A program made the position numbers and the translations under genes. DNA of 64,000 bases, from assembly GCF_009914755.1 (NCBI RefSeq), contig NC_060928.1, one strand, 5' to 3'. Numbering within the stretch: position 1 is the stretch's first letter; each line of letters begins with the position of its first letter. Below are positions 27,102 to 42,075 of this stretch, one piece after another. The notes below the pieces were generated by a model that was not told the origin of the DNA, searched no databases, and saw nothing but the letters and a program-made list of their open reading frames with translations. Origin of the DNA: the human T2T-CHM13v2.0 reference genome, Homo sapiens.

Positions 27102-27330
27102 GTTAAGTAACTTGCTCAGCCAGCAAAAGTCAGAGCCCGGGATCTACTTAAAGTCCTTCAGACAACAAAGTTCATGCTCTTTCTACTGCTTGAAACTGCC
27201 TTTCTTAATATTATCCAAACTGGGTTGGGTTCTGCATTCCTTCTGAGTCTGTATCAAGTGTTTGCCTTTTCCATTTACTCTAACCTTATTCCATCCTTAC
27301 ATAAAGTATATTCTCCCCACTGATCACTGC

Positions 27331-27901
27331 TGTAGCTTGAAGACAGATGTCTCAACCTCTAGGATGTCTCGACTTCTGGTATCCAGACCATCATGTAGTC
27401 CCTTCCTACACTGTGCCAAGGTTGGCCTGTGTGACTAATAGTATTCAACAGAAGTGATGCTGTGGAACGTTATTTCCAAGATTAGGTTATAAAAGGTTGC
27501 AGCTCCCCCTTTTTCTCTCTTTCTCTCTCTCTCTCACTCATTTTTGCTCTCACTCTTTCTCATCACCCTCTCTGGGAGAAGCAGGCTGTCAAGTCCTGAG
27601 CAACCCCAGAGAGAGCCCCAGTTCAGTGGTGAAGAACTGAAGCCTCCTGCCATGTGACAGACCTTGGACACAGAATCTCCAGCCTAATCAAGTCTTCACA
27701 GACTTCAATCAAGTTTTCCCTGGCTGACCACTTGACAGCAACCTCATGAAAGTCCTTGAACCAGAACCCCAGAACCACTCAGCTAAGTTGCTCCTAAATT
27801 CCTGACCCTTACAAATTGTATAAAATCATACTGCATGTTTGTTATTTTAAGCTGTTAAAATTTGGGGTAAATTTGTTACATAACGATGGATAACTACTAC
27901 A
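27331..27901 (+). mobile_element. MLT1F-like solo LTR
   Basis: tgtgtgactaatagtattcaacagaagtgatg...caagattaggttataaaagg...cagctaagttgctcctaaattcctgaccc...tttaagctgttaaaatttggggtaa...taactactaca. Confidence 0.85.
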
Positions 27902-28574
27902 ATCATAAATACATACCAATAAGACAGGCTAGATGAAAGTCATTCTGCAAATAACTCAAAAGTCATACTCTAATAAACGTGACTGACAGAACCTTCATAT
28001 TAGTCAAAGATAAGGTTATAAAAGATTCTGTTTTACCGCTGGGTGAGACATGGATACTGGGAAGCAGGATTGGTCTTCAATAGAAGTAGAAAAGGTAACT
28101 TCCTCTATGGTTCCTAGGACGAGAGGCACAGAAAGTCCCACCTAATTAAAACTTTCCTCTACACCCAACCTGACAGGCTCTGATTCTGAAATTTTACTAC
28201 AGTGTATTATAATAATAATTTCAAGAGATCTAAATGTTACCTTTATCACATTTTTAGCACATTAGCTAGCAGCTAAAATGAGGCAAGAGGAGACAAAAGG
28301 AAAAAGAAACAAGAATAGATGTTGCCTAGGCATGATCTGTATATGAAGAAGAAGCAGGTGCAATGCTTTATAATGGATTAAGGACAGTTTGGGAACATAA
28401 AAAAATCAAGGGATACATAACATAAATAACTTAAAATATATATTTTAAAATTAACCTGCTTTGAAAATTGTCAGTAGTTTCAAAAATATCTAATACCAAG
28501 TTCAGAAACATGAAAGATTTTTAAGATCTGAATTTACGTTTTTAAAAAGTAATCTCAACTTTAAGGCATTACAA

Positions 28575-28840
28575 CACAGGGGTTAAAAGAGTGGACAATG
28601 AAGACATATAATCTGGATTCAAATCAAACCCAGTCACTCACTTGCTGTGTGGTCTCAAGCAAGTTACTTAGATGCTCTTGAGAGTCAGTATCCTTATCTG
28701 ACAAAGGAAGATGAAAATTATATAATAATATCTTTCTCATACAGTCACAGTAAATAGTTAATAAATACATTAATAAGTGAATAACTGCTAACTGGCATGC
28801 AGTAAGCATTCAGTAAGTGTTAGCTGCCATCATCATCATT
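28575..28840 (+). mobile_element. MIR
   Basis: ctggattcaaatc...gctgtgtggtctcaagcaagttactta...cagtaagcattcagtaagtgttagctg. Confidence 0.8.
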
Positions 28841-31800
28841 TTAAGGATTAACACAGATTTCAACTTTACCACTATAAATAACTTAAGAATATTCCTATAA
28901 ATGCAAATTTGCCCTGTCAATAAGCTACAAAATTAATGAAAATAATATTGATAAGTAATAAAATTCCCCACATAAGACCAAAGTAGAGCAGGTATTTAAA
29001 AACTCACGGGACCAATTGCATTTTTACTTTAGTTTAAAATGTTACCCTAATAAAATACAAATGCAGACCTTACTGGAAGATAACCTATTAAAAGATAGAT
29101 CTGTAAGTTATTTAACTGTTATTTTTATGTTATTATTGAAGAAAATCACTAGACAGCTGTACTTTATCATTTTGTGACAGATTCTTAAAAAAATTCTAAA
29201 AATGCCACTTGTATAAATCTGGTAAGAAAAAACAGAAATAGGAAAGATAGAGAACTGGAAAAGCCATCATTTTGCACATAAGTAATAAATCCTTTTGGTA
29301 TTTATTTTTGTTGGTTGCTTAGTTGGTACTGCTGCTATTTGAATTCTGTATCAACATTATTTGTTACTCCTATGGATCTTGGTAGCTTAGTGACAATGGA
29401 GAATGTCTTATCTGTGCTTGGAAAACAAAGTTGCTTCTCTCTTTAGAGATCCACATGTGATTTTCCAGCTCTGTCATATTTAAATTTCACGTGTCGCCAG
29501 AGAAGACCCCAGGATAAATTGTTTATGACTATCCATCCTCAGGCAAGGCAGAGAAAGGAGGTTCAATAATCTGTGACAAAATAACTGCTGGTAATGAGCA
29601 TTCTAAACTGACAGCAGAATTGGGGCAGAGCTGTGAGAATATCTTGGCTCAATACCCAGTGCCTTCTCACCTCATTTAGACCATCCTCACATCCTGACAC
29701 CCCTCATGAAGTGCACCAGGACCCAAATGTTTTTACCCAAATGTTTTTACCTTTTTATGTAAATCGATAAGTATGGCAACTAGTCACAGAAAAGACATGC
29801 CTGAAAATATGGGCTTAAGAATATGAGATGTAGCACTCCATCTCTGAAATGTTCAAATAATTAATAGTTTCAACTGTAAGTGGCATAAAATATTCATCTT
29901 CTATCAAAAGAACAGAAATTTTTAAGAGCCTGCAAAACACAAACTAGGTCAAAAATATTTTTAAGCTACATATACATTTTTTTCCTTTAGTGCAACAAAA
30001 TTAGCATTTAATAAGAATCACCCACTTCCTATGGAGCTTAAGGATATTTTAGTTCATTTTAAGCCACAACTTTCACATTTAGAATTTTCTAGCCATAGTT
30101 GGAAACTTTTCAGAAGTCTGAACATACAGTTAAATGATTATTCTGAAAAGTGTGCATGTGGGAAGAACTGTTTGCTTACTAGATCCGTCTTTGATAATTC
30201 AGATACTTAAGTCATCATTTGCAAAGCAAATTTTTCAAAATCAAATAAATTGCAAAACTAGAAATATAATCAAGTCTCCAAGAAGGAGTTCCAATTATCT
30301 GCCAAAACAGACCTCAACTTCATAATCCCTTGTCCAAAAAAGTTGGACCAAGTATTGACGTTTTCCACCGAGCAAGCCACATAGTCACAAATGTTTCTCA
30401 TTTACTCCACTCCTGGGATATACAGCTCAAATAAAAAATTTCCTGAATACCCCAAACTTCAGATGCAATTTGGAATGCAAGTGATTCATAATGTTATGCA
30501 GGAAACATCATGACCTTACCAACTCAATGTTTCTGGAATGCAATCTTTAGGAGATCATTCCAACCAATTAGAAGGCTGAAATCTCTTTCAGCCACGTGAC
30601 CCAACTATTATGCTCTCTGCCTTTAGCTCAGATGTGATTTTGAACCCTCAGCAATCCTCTACTCCAGCTACTGTTCAAAATAAGAAAGATGTTACCTCAA
30701 GGGAGCTAACAAAGATCCCTATTGTAATCTATGACAAAAAATATGGTAGCAGTGCACTGCATCCCTATTAAGAAAGTGCAAAACAGTGTTAAAAGAAATG
30801 AAAGCCACTGTCATTGCTCTGCACCAAAAGCCTCTCAGAGTGGCTTCTGAACATACTTAGATTATAATTCAAGAGTGAAATTTCAGAGAGCCCACCAGTT
30901 ACATAAGTCCTGTTCTAATCCCCCCTCACTCCTCTTGTTAAGTCATTAATAATTTCTTGGAGTACCTGTCATCTTTTGTGATTTATATTTTCTTTCAAGG
31001 AAAAAACACAGTTGATATAGAGGAAGAAAAGTACTGCGTGGAATGTACTAAATGAACATGAAAACTGTAAGTCTTAGACAATGTGATTACTGAAAATGAG
31101 CGAAGTGCCTACAATATGATAACATACAGGGCATAGTAGAGTAGCAGAGTAAATGGTGAAAGATCAAGGTATAAATACTTATTGACACTGTTTTCCATTA
31201 ACTAAAGGGATCATTACAAGTAAGATGTTCAGTTAAGGGGAACTCCTAAACAAGTATTACCTAAGTAAATATAAGATGAAACTCACATAACACTTTGTAA
31301 GTTTAGGCAAAGAAAGAGACCTACTGATTCTACAGAAATAATAGGCAATAGGAAGACATTTCTGAAACTGAAGGAATTTGGAGAAGGCTTAAAATCATTA
31401 TTTACACCTGAAAAGAAAAACCATCTAGCATAAATAATATTCTCCACAATCACAATGATGGAGAACCTACCAAAACAATGGGTTGGCTTAAGGTAAATTC
31501 ATGGCTCTATAGGCAATTTTAATAATAGTAACATTTACAAAGAAACAAACTGAGTCCGTAAATTAAAATATTGACATAAATGATGTTCTCATGGATGAGT
31601 TTGCCTCAGAAAGCCATGAAAAAATATATAAACACTTGGAAAAAAATAATGTCTACATGTTGAAAAAGAAAAAAAAAAAAAACATCAGTTTAAACTTGTG
31701 GTTGGATCAATGGCCATCATGAATAATTGGAAAAGTGGCTTGAATATCCCCGGCTGCCAGAGATCCTATTTTCCATGTCACCTCAGCTGTTTAGTAAGAG

Positions 31801-32445
31801 TCATCTCTCATGTATCCATGCAAAAAGGGACAGTAGTCACATTGATTATCTAATACTCATTTGTACTGAAAAAAATTGTTTAGATGACATTAGGAAATTA
31901 AGTAGTCTAGATGACTGTTTGCTAGTTACTTTAAAACTTAATTCTGTGCCTTTTCCTTCTTGCTACTGTTGATTTTATATTGAGAATTGAATGAAATCAG
32001 TGTAATGTCAACAAATTGTCAAACTATCAGAATTTCTACGAATAAATGACCACATGTATATGAAGCTTCTTGAACAGTGTACATGGTAGATTCTCAAATA
32101 CTGTTCATGTCTTATTCTTTTCCCTTCCCCTCTTACTTTTGCCAACCATAGCTTTACTTCCTCTTCTGAAGTTTAGAATCCAGGAAGATGAGCTTTCACA
32201 TGTAATCAGTCAATTATCTGCCAGAATTTAATGTTTCCTTATTCTTTTGGTCATCTGATCAATGTGTTTTAGAGAAGCCCTAACTATAGGGCTCCTCTAA
32301 AAACTATATCGTTTTCTCTTCTTGCCTTATTTTCCACTGAGGGATCACCTAAGTTCAACTCATAGTTTGTATCAAAACCTAATGTTTTGTCCAGCAGTAT
32401 GCTAGGATACAGGGAAATGGAATTCAATAAAACACGGTTCCCACC

Positions 32446-33189
32446 AGTGATGGTTAACTTTACATGTTAACTTGACTAGGCTACAGGGTCCCAGATAGTT
32501 GGTCAAACATTATTCTGGGTGTTTCTGTAAGGGTGTTTTTGGAAAAGATTAACATTTAAATCAGGAGACTTGAATAAAGTATATTGCCCTCCATAATGTG
32601 GGTGGGCCTCATCCAATCATGCTGAGTCCTGAATCAAACAAAAGGCTGACCTACCCCAGAGTAAGAGAGAATTCTCCTAACAGCCTGCAACCTGGAACGC
32701 TAGCTCTTCTTGCCTGATGGGTTTCCAAGTGGGATATCAGCTCTTCCTGGTTCTATAGCAGCTTCTGGCCATTAGACTTAAACTGGTACATCAGCAATGT
32801 AGATTTTAAACTTACCAGCTCCTATAATCATTGTGAGGTAATCCCCTATTTTATATATACGTATATATACACACATACATAAACATATACATGTATACAC
32901 ACATATATACACACATATACAAATACATATATACACACAACCATATATATATTTTTATATATTTTTTATATTAAAAAAAGGATATATAAGGATATATCCT
33001 TTCTTTTTTTTTTTTTTGGAGCCATAGTCTTGCTCTGTTGCCCAGGTTGAAGTGGAACAGCATCTTCATGGCTCACTGCAGCCTTGACCTCTCGGGCTCA
33101 AGTGATCCTACCACCTTAGCCTCTCAAAATACTGAGATCACAGACGTGAGCCACTGCACCTGTTTCTCTGGGAAACCCTGACTAACACA
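32446..33189 (+). mobile_element. MLT2 solo LTR with perfect TSD (CCACC), internal (TA/CA) microsatellite and Alu monomer
   Basis: gtgatggttaactttacatgttaacttgactagg...tgtttctctgggaaaccctgactaacaca; CCACC at 32441-32445 and 33190-33194. Confidence 0.9.
33001..33162 (-). mobile_element. Monomeric Alu (FRAM-like or collapsed AluJ)
   Basis: poly(T), gtcttgctctgttgcccagg...gctcactgcagccttgacctc...gtgagccactgcacctg; ~160 bp. Confidence 0.85.
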
Positions 33190-33582
33190 CCACCTCCGAC
33201 AAGCTCAAAGCCTGGTCACAGGGAATATCCCCAAGTAAACCTTCTCCATAAAGCCTTTCCCAAACACTAACAGAGGGTATAGTACTATGAACAAAATAAA
33301 CTATCAAACAAATTAAAATATCAATGAATATTCACTGAATGAAATAAAAGTACCTGAAAGCGAGATCTGCCAAGGACAATATCAGACTGTGTAATTCATT
33401 CCCTCAGGAATTCTCATAAAGTAAGTACCCTGGTGTTAGTTTACAGCTAGGCTTGCCCTTTCCTACATATGCTGACTAGATGAGATTTCTCTGCTTTTAT
33501 GAGTTACTGTTATTTGAAGGAGGTCATTGGGAAACAAATTTAAAACAGGGAGTACAGTCATATATTAATTCATCCCCCCTCA

Positions 33583-33765
<183 letters not shown>

Positions 33766-34764
33766 TTACAATGGAAGTCAGAATATTAGCCTTTAAACAC
33801 ATCAAGGTTAGGACATGACGTTTTTTCATAAGTATATACCTTTTTTATTGATGGGTGATAAATAGAAGTTGGACTAACATGCATTCTTCTCTTAAACACA
33901 TGTAGAAATACAGCCTACTATTTCATTTGGCAGATGTCTAGATGACTCACAATTGCAATGAACTCTCAGAAACATCCTACGTTGATAGTTGTTTTCTGGT
34001 CAAAATTATTTCGGTTTGTAAGTATATTCCAGTATATGTATTGCAATCACAATTGTTCAGAGAATAATCATTATTGCAACCTTCCCCTTTTCTCCAAAGA
34101 GAAGGGTCATACTGCTTATTTCCCAGTTGAGAGGGGTAGAACTGGAGCAATCATTTCAATTCCTCTCTGGACCTGCTTACAGAATCATCTCCATAAAAGG
34201 AGAACCTGCTCATCTAGCCAGCGGGAATCTGACATCCAATGAAACAAAATGTTATGCTCTTTACTTGTGAATGAATGAAACAATCCCATTTTATCCTTTC
34301 ATGGCCCACTCATGGATTGCTGAGGATGGTGGGCTCTCTGATTTTTGTCTCAGACCATACGCTCTCATTGCTCAGGCCTACTCTACATTCAACTGGAGAG
34401 AGGAGGGGAGTAACTCCAAAAGCAGGTAACCCATTGGACATTCTTGAACCCAAGTTACTTGAAATCTAGCTTCTCCAAAACCCCTGCATTATCAGTTGCT
34501 AGGGACTTGCCCAGTTTATAAAACTTATATACCAATCACCATTCAACTCTGATTTCATGTTTCTATTCCATTAGAATCCAGAAAAAAAAGGAAAGGAGTG
34601 AGTGATTAGCACTCCATATCTCCAACACCAAGTAACACGAACATACAGGTTACAAATTCACCTTGGCAGACTTGATAAGAATTCTAGATTTCCAAAATTT
34701 TATTTTATAAAATAAAAGACAATCAGTCCAATAAGGTATGTATTTTCATGCTACATCTGAACAA

Positions 34765-35240
34765 TCATTTGTTCATTCAACAAACAATTATTGGGTCCTT
34801 AATGGCTGAAGGCATCAAGAATCTTTCAGTGAACAAGACAAAGCCCCAGAGCACATGGAACTTAAAAGTAAACAAATGTAGAATATAATTTCGTGTAAAG
34901 ATGAGTACTATGATGACAACTAAAACAGAGCAGGAGAAAATAGAGTACTAAGAGAAGGGCTCTATTCCATGAGGCCATCAGGAAAAGCCCTTTGATGAGA
35001 GGACCTTAAGAGTTCTAAAGGGAGGGAACAGGCCAGTAGAGAGCTAGGGGAAGACTGTTTCCAAGCAGAGGGTACAGCAAGTGAAAGGCAAGGAGAAAGG
35101 CCTTCGGTTTGGAAATGAATTAGGTGCATTCAAAGAACAATAAGAAGGTTATGAGGCTGGAACAGAAGGAGCAACCGAGAAAGTGGTGGGCATTGAGATC
35201 TAACAGATTGGCAGACACCAGATCATGCGGGGACCAACAG
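34765..35240 (-). mobile_element. L2 fragment
   Basis: ttcattcaacaaacaattattg...cagtgaacaagacaaag...ttccaagcagagggtacagcaagtgaaaggc...ccagatcatg. Confidence 0.8.
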
Positions 35241-37276
35241 ACCAGGAATCCATCTAGACAGTTACTTTGGGCAGGTACAGTTATTTTTACCCAAAAAACA
35301 TTTTAAAGACACATCTGTTACAGGCACTGCAAAAACTGATATTTAAAGATTCTCATATATAATACCCAGGAAAGAATACAGTCTGCCTGTTCCTTATATG
35401 TGACATACTGCCATGTTTCTCAAACAATTCCTGTTTTCTTAAGTGCCCAAGGATCCTCAATAATGAATGCCAGACCATCACTGGGAAGCACGAATTTAAT
35501 TTTTCATATTGTAATTTCTAAAAGAGCAATTTAGGACTATAAATACCTCATATTTACATACTTAAGATGCTTATATGTGAAGGTATGGGAATTTGTAACA
35601 CTTCTCACTAAATAACAAACTCTCACTGAAAAGATCTGCTTTGGGAGGTGCCTGAAAATTGTTCTGCCTCCCTACTTACACTTCGACTCAGAACACTCAC
35701 TGCCCACTGGGAAATTCCAAAAATGTCCAGCAACACTGATATGGTAAAGAGAATGTACACTCTACACCTCTGCCTCAATGGGCATGTCAGTTCACATTTT
35801 TTTGGCAGAGTAAACAAATAATTTTAAATATTTGGATATAAAGTCCTTCCTTTCAGGTACCCTCACAGCAATAGCACCAAAACTGTTTATATTGACAAAA
35901 AGCCAAATTAAGCACAGCAGGTGGCAATGCCACCTAATACTTGAAAGAAAAATTTTCTCAGTAGAATTGAAACTGAAAATCTATAACTGTTACTGAAATC
36001 CACACAAGCTAACTAACTTTGTGTAGTGAAACACAAATGGGTTTGCCCAGGCATATCTCAGTTTGAGAGGACAGCACTACTTAGAGAAATTAGTTTATGG
36101 CCCTTCTTAATCATACATTTGTCACTCAGTAGTAAGCACAATATATATCAGATGTGTTTAACATCTAGAATTCTTTCTTCAAAGATACGAAACAGAAGAA
36201 ATATTTCTCTGTGACTTATTATAGTAAGAATATTTGAGTTTTTACCAGGGGCATTGTTTGTTCTTTGTGTATTTCAGCTTTTTCCCAGGCCCTTTAGCCC
36301 CAACTATGTTCAATTATTCAGTATTAGCAACTTATTTTCCTTTTCAGTCCATTAGACATATGCACTTCCTGTCTATCACTTTCTCACACAATATTCCGTC
36401 TTAAGGGAAATACATAATTTGATTTTATACTAAAACTATTCTGAAATGTATCACTTTTAATACACACAAATTTATGTGCTGATTTATCTTTATTCTCAGA
36501 ACAACACTATCACAACCAGCAATATACTACATTACCTACATATTCATATTTGAAATAACTTTCTTTGTTCATTAACAGAATCACTGCCCATTTTATTCCA
36601 AATATGCTTACCCAAACAACTTTTAAGTTCTTAGAGAGTCTTTGCTCTCTGGGGCCTACCTGTTTTCTCCAGCTTTCAAGTGGCTGGCCATTTCCTCATT
36701 GCACCAGTCTAGTCTTCAACACTCCACCAAAGCTGGTAGATTACCTGTGCACACGACTTTTATCTCACTACCCTAAACACAGAGTTCGCCTTGCTGACAT
36801 ATCATCTGAAAGAGACATCCAAAAGTAATCTAATCCATCATTCCTCTTCCCAGAGACACCAAATCAAAACAACTCCAGACAGCTGGCTATTATTAAAGTC
36901 TCCATTTATCTATTTTAATTTGATACTGAACCCTGAGGTAATAAATTGAACATTTTTTAAATCTAAGGAATAAAAAAGACTGAAAATTCCTCCTAGTACC
37001 ATGTTTCAGCATCTCCCTAATTTTTGCTGCCAAAGTGTATTATGTTACTGTCAAGACTTAGTCTTCCAAATACCATCTTCTTTTATTTGAATTTTCTTGG
37101 AAATGAAGTGTATTTGGTTACTATCTGACTTAGGATCATCTTCTGCATACCTGGGGCCAATGATGAAGTCAACAGTCTCATCGTGTAGTAAAAACCACCT
37201 CAGTTCGAAAACCTGTTTGATTTGCACAGGCTTCCTACAGTAGTTACACAAAAAGGTTAGCTAAAGTAGGAAACAT

Positions 37277-37575
<299 letters not shown>

Positions 37576-38767
37576 AAAGTAGGAAAGGGAAAGATACCTT
37601 CTTGTGAAAATGAAAACTTTTATGCTTCAATATAATTGTTCATGTCTGTATGACTTTGCTGCTTCACATTTAATGAAATTATTCCCTTATGGGAACTTGG
37701 CAGGGTCTAGCCTCTGTTGAATGCTACTGACGTCACTTTTCAAGTATCTGAGAGAAATAATGTGCTGGTCATTGCTACCGTGTATCTGTACCTTTTTTCA
37801 GCCTAAAAGTTCACAACATTGAATATGTCATAGTTGATTTTGTGTTTCCACCCAGAAAAAGACAGAGGAAACCACAAAAAATCTCAGCTCAATTACAGAA
37901 AACCCTAACGTGTAAATGAAAGAAGAAAGTGGAAATAGGGAGCAGGGGAGAGAGATACAAATCTTCTTTCCCTAAACTTAAATATTTTATTTGTTAAATT
38001 GGGTCAACTATAGACAGAGAAGCTCAATTATTATTTGGATGGTTAATTTTCAAAGACGAGTCTACAATGTTGCTTACTCTATTATTTTCCTTCAATCATT
38101 TCAAATGCCTAAGGAATTTTTCACTAACTATATACATTCCATCAAGGCTCCAAGAGCAAAGCCAGTCAGCCAGATTTGCCCCCCAGAAGTGGCAAAATGT
38201 AACTGATAGATAAAATTTGATTTAATGTATGGTAAAATGTAATGGCAGCAAATACAGTCAGTTCCAAAAAAGACAGCAATAATATCCTTAATGAAAAATT
38301 ACAATACGTTATGTTACAGTATTATTTATTAAATAAAACATATTTCCCTTTTTGTCTTTCAACAAGGCTCTTCAAAGAAAGCAGTTTTAAGCACTAAAAT
38401 TTAGAGTATGGATGTCTTTAGAGTATAAAATGCCACCATGTTTTTGTATTTAAATTACAGGCATTCTTTCTGCAATTGTTTTTAACTAAAGTAAGGCCAT
38501 ATGCCTTGCCTTCAGTGTTTAATTATCCAGACTTCAGGATATCTTTAGGAGCACAAAAAAGCAAGTGTGCTCAAGTAGTCAATTCTGACGGCACATTGTT
38601 TGTCAGATTTAAACCAAAGGGAGACACACTTTCAGAAATCAGCAATGATCATAGCTAGGAAACTGTAGTGATTTATAGTTTCCAAGAAAAGGGCATGGGT
38701 TTTATTCCCCCACTGATTGTTCAAAGGATTCTCTCTAAAATTACTATTTGCTTGTGTGTGCTTATGA

Positions 38768-38807
38768 ACGCGTGCGTGCGCGCGCACGCACGCACACACA
38801 CACACAC
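38768..38807. repeat. Alternating purine-pyrimidine (CG/TG/CA) tract
   Basis: acgcgtgcgtgcgcgcgcacgcacgcacacacacacacac. Confidence 0.95.
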
Positions 38808-39077
38808 CATTGTAGCTTATCTACTTATAACTCCCTTCTACCTTCCGTCCCTCTGCCTCCCACCTGCTAATTGCTATCTGGTAATCCTAACCCATGGATT
38901 CCTCTGCCCTGGGAAAGCAGATGGAGAGGAAATACAGGCATTTACAGATAACTGTTTCTTTACTAAATAACATCCATCATATAATACATACAAAGTTAAT
39001 ATAAAAGTACTGATGAGAAAAATAAAGTCACTTTTTGTGACAAATATTTAAATTTCAAGTGGAAGAAAATCATTCTG

Positions 39078-39310
39078 GAGTGGTAAAGATGCTAAACTAG
39101 GAATCAAAAACCTAGATGTCATCCAAGGCTCTGACTACATCACTTTGGGTGAGTCGTTTCCTCTCACTGAACTAAGCCGTGATCACTTGACCTCTAAAAT
39201 GGGGACAACAGTTTCTGCCCTGCAAATTCACAGAACCTGTGAGAGCATCAAATGAAATAAAATGCATGACAGTTCTTTATACCAGTGGGTATTTTGCAAT
39301 CATAAGGTAT
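39078..39310 (+). mobile_element. MIR
   Basis: gagtggtaaag...ctaggaatcaaaaacctag...tctaaaatggggacaa...gtgagagcatcaaatgaaataa. Confidence 0.75.
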
Positions 39311-39410
39311 TAGTAAAATGAGGAAACTGGGCCCACAATGGCTACAGGCACCTTAAATATAAACATTCTGCTTTCAATGGCACAGCTGGGAACATACATA
39401 CCATGTCAAC

Positions 39411-39725
39411 TTTTTTTTTTTTTTTTTAGAAACAGCATCTCTGTTGCCCAGGCTAGAGGGCAGTGGCACAGCACCATCATGGCTCACTGCAGCCTCAACT
39501 TCCTGGGCTCAAAAAATGATTCTCCCATGTTAGCCTCCCAGATAGCTGGGACTGGGACTACAGGTGCATGTCACCTTGCCCGGCTAATAATTTTATTTTA
39601 TTTTTTATAAAGACAGGGTTTCCCTATATTGCCCAGGCTGGTCTCGAATTCTTGGGCTCAAACAATCCTCCTGCCTTGACCTCCCAAAGTGCTGGGATTA
39701 CAGGCATGAGTGTTCACACCCAGCC
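39411..39725 (-). mobile_element. AluJ
   Basis: poly(T)...gctcactgcagcctcaacttcctgggctcaa...; TSD ATGTCA(A/G)CTTTTT. Confidence 0.94.
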
Positions 39726-41197
39726 ATGTCAGCTTTTTCAAGGAACAAACATAGTACTTTCAAGGAACAAAGATAGTGTTAAGGATATCTTAACACTATT
39801 ATTCAAATCCAAATACATATTCAAATAGCCTCTAACTGAATATTATAAGGTAGTAGCAAACCCAGATGTCATTTTAGCTGTATTGACACACTTTCTTATG
39901 CCAAACTGAAACACCTTGCTCTGTGACCCACTGCCAGTAACTGAAGCTCTGCCCTCTCAAAGAGTTTTAATTTCTCTACCATCTATAGCCCTTCAAATTT
40001 CTGAAGGCAAGAATCCCTCCCTCTCTACGTTTCTCTTCCACAAAACAAATAACTCCTTCCTTTTTGGACATGATTTTCAGTTCCATTACTGTCCGGGTTA
40101 TCCTCATGGGTGCACACAAACTTGTCAAAACCCTCCTAACATGGGACAGAATCCAGCCTGGAAAGGACGATTATGACCTCTGACCTAGGCACTCTTTCTA
40201 TTGAAGCAGCTTAAAAATCACAAAAGCAATTTTTGGTTGCCACACCTGACATTTAGCTGAGATTACCTTTATAAACAATCCATATTAAGAAAGGTCTCAT
40301 GATACTGTCAAAGACACAAAGACAAGTATAACTGAAGAACTTGGTCAGGTTTCTGTAGCTAAGCAAATCCTATACCTGGACAACTGACCACTCAGAGAAG
40401 GAAGCCTGTTATTTGATACAGTCTCAATAAATATTTTATTAACTAAAAGCTCATATAGTGTGTCTTTTCTTTAACTCTCATTGCCTTTATTTCCTTTAAA
40501 TGTTCAAAAATATTTTATAAGACACTTAATGTAAAATATTTTAAAGCACTCCATGTCTTTGCCTTTCAAAGTACTTTTTAAATTGGGCTAATTTTTTTTA
40601 AAAAAATAAATACCTGACAAAAAATGAAACACATAGTGAAAACCACATCATCTTTTCCACAGCAAATTTATGAAAGCGCCTAAACAGCACAGAAACTGTC
40701 CTTTTCTATAGTTTTACGAACCTGTTCAGCTACTCAGATTTCAATGGCATTTCTGGACAGATAGGCTTTTTTATCACATGAAGAATACAACAGTGACCAC
40801 TTTCTCCCTTCTTGGAAAAAAAAAAAAGAATAAAGTTGAGTTTAACTGACATTAGCTTATTGTACCCATTGTTTTAGGGGTTTTCTGTAAAACATGCTGG
40901 TTTTTATGCACGAATGTTACAGCATTTCTCTTAGCTACTTAGTGGCTTATTTGTTTACTTTTTATTTTGTCAATATTGTTAAGCAAGTGACTTCCATAAG
41001 CAAAAAGTGTTATTTCACCAAAGTATTAGAAAACCATAATAATAAGGCCAGCATGTCTTCTGACAGTTTGGCAGCATCCACCAGATCCCTCAGCAACGAT
41101 TCATAAGACTTTAAATCCTGTTAAAGTTTTATGAAGCCTTAGCGTTGCCCAATTTTTAATATAGATTTCAGACCTGCAAAGACTTCTAGCCTTATAG

Positions 41198-41545
<348 letters not shown>

Positions 41546-41716
41546 TAAAAGAGTTTACAAAAGGTATTAAATATTAATAAGCAATTTTTGGTAGCAAAAT
41601 TCTAATCATAAAACATGAAATTATTTTAAAGAGTTGGTGGTCATACATAAAGCAATGGCAATATCCCAGATCCAGAGATCACAGTCTTGATGGTGTTTTT
41701 AGAAAAAGATGCTTTG

Positions 41717-42075
<359 letters not shown>

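Noticed and set aside
29721-29751. Short direct repeats here and at 15371-15404 and 17354-17387
   Set aside because: Two-copy slippage duplications of 14-20 bp. No array or spacer structure, so not CRISPR-like.
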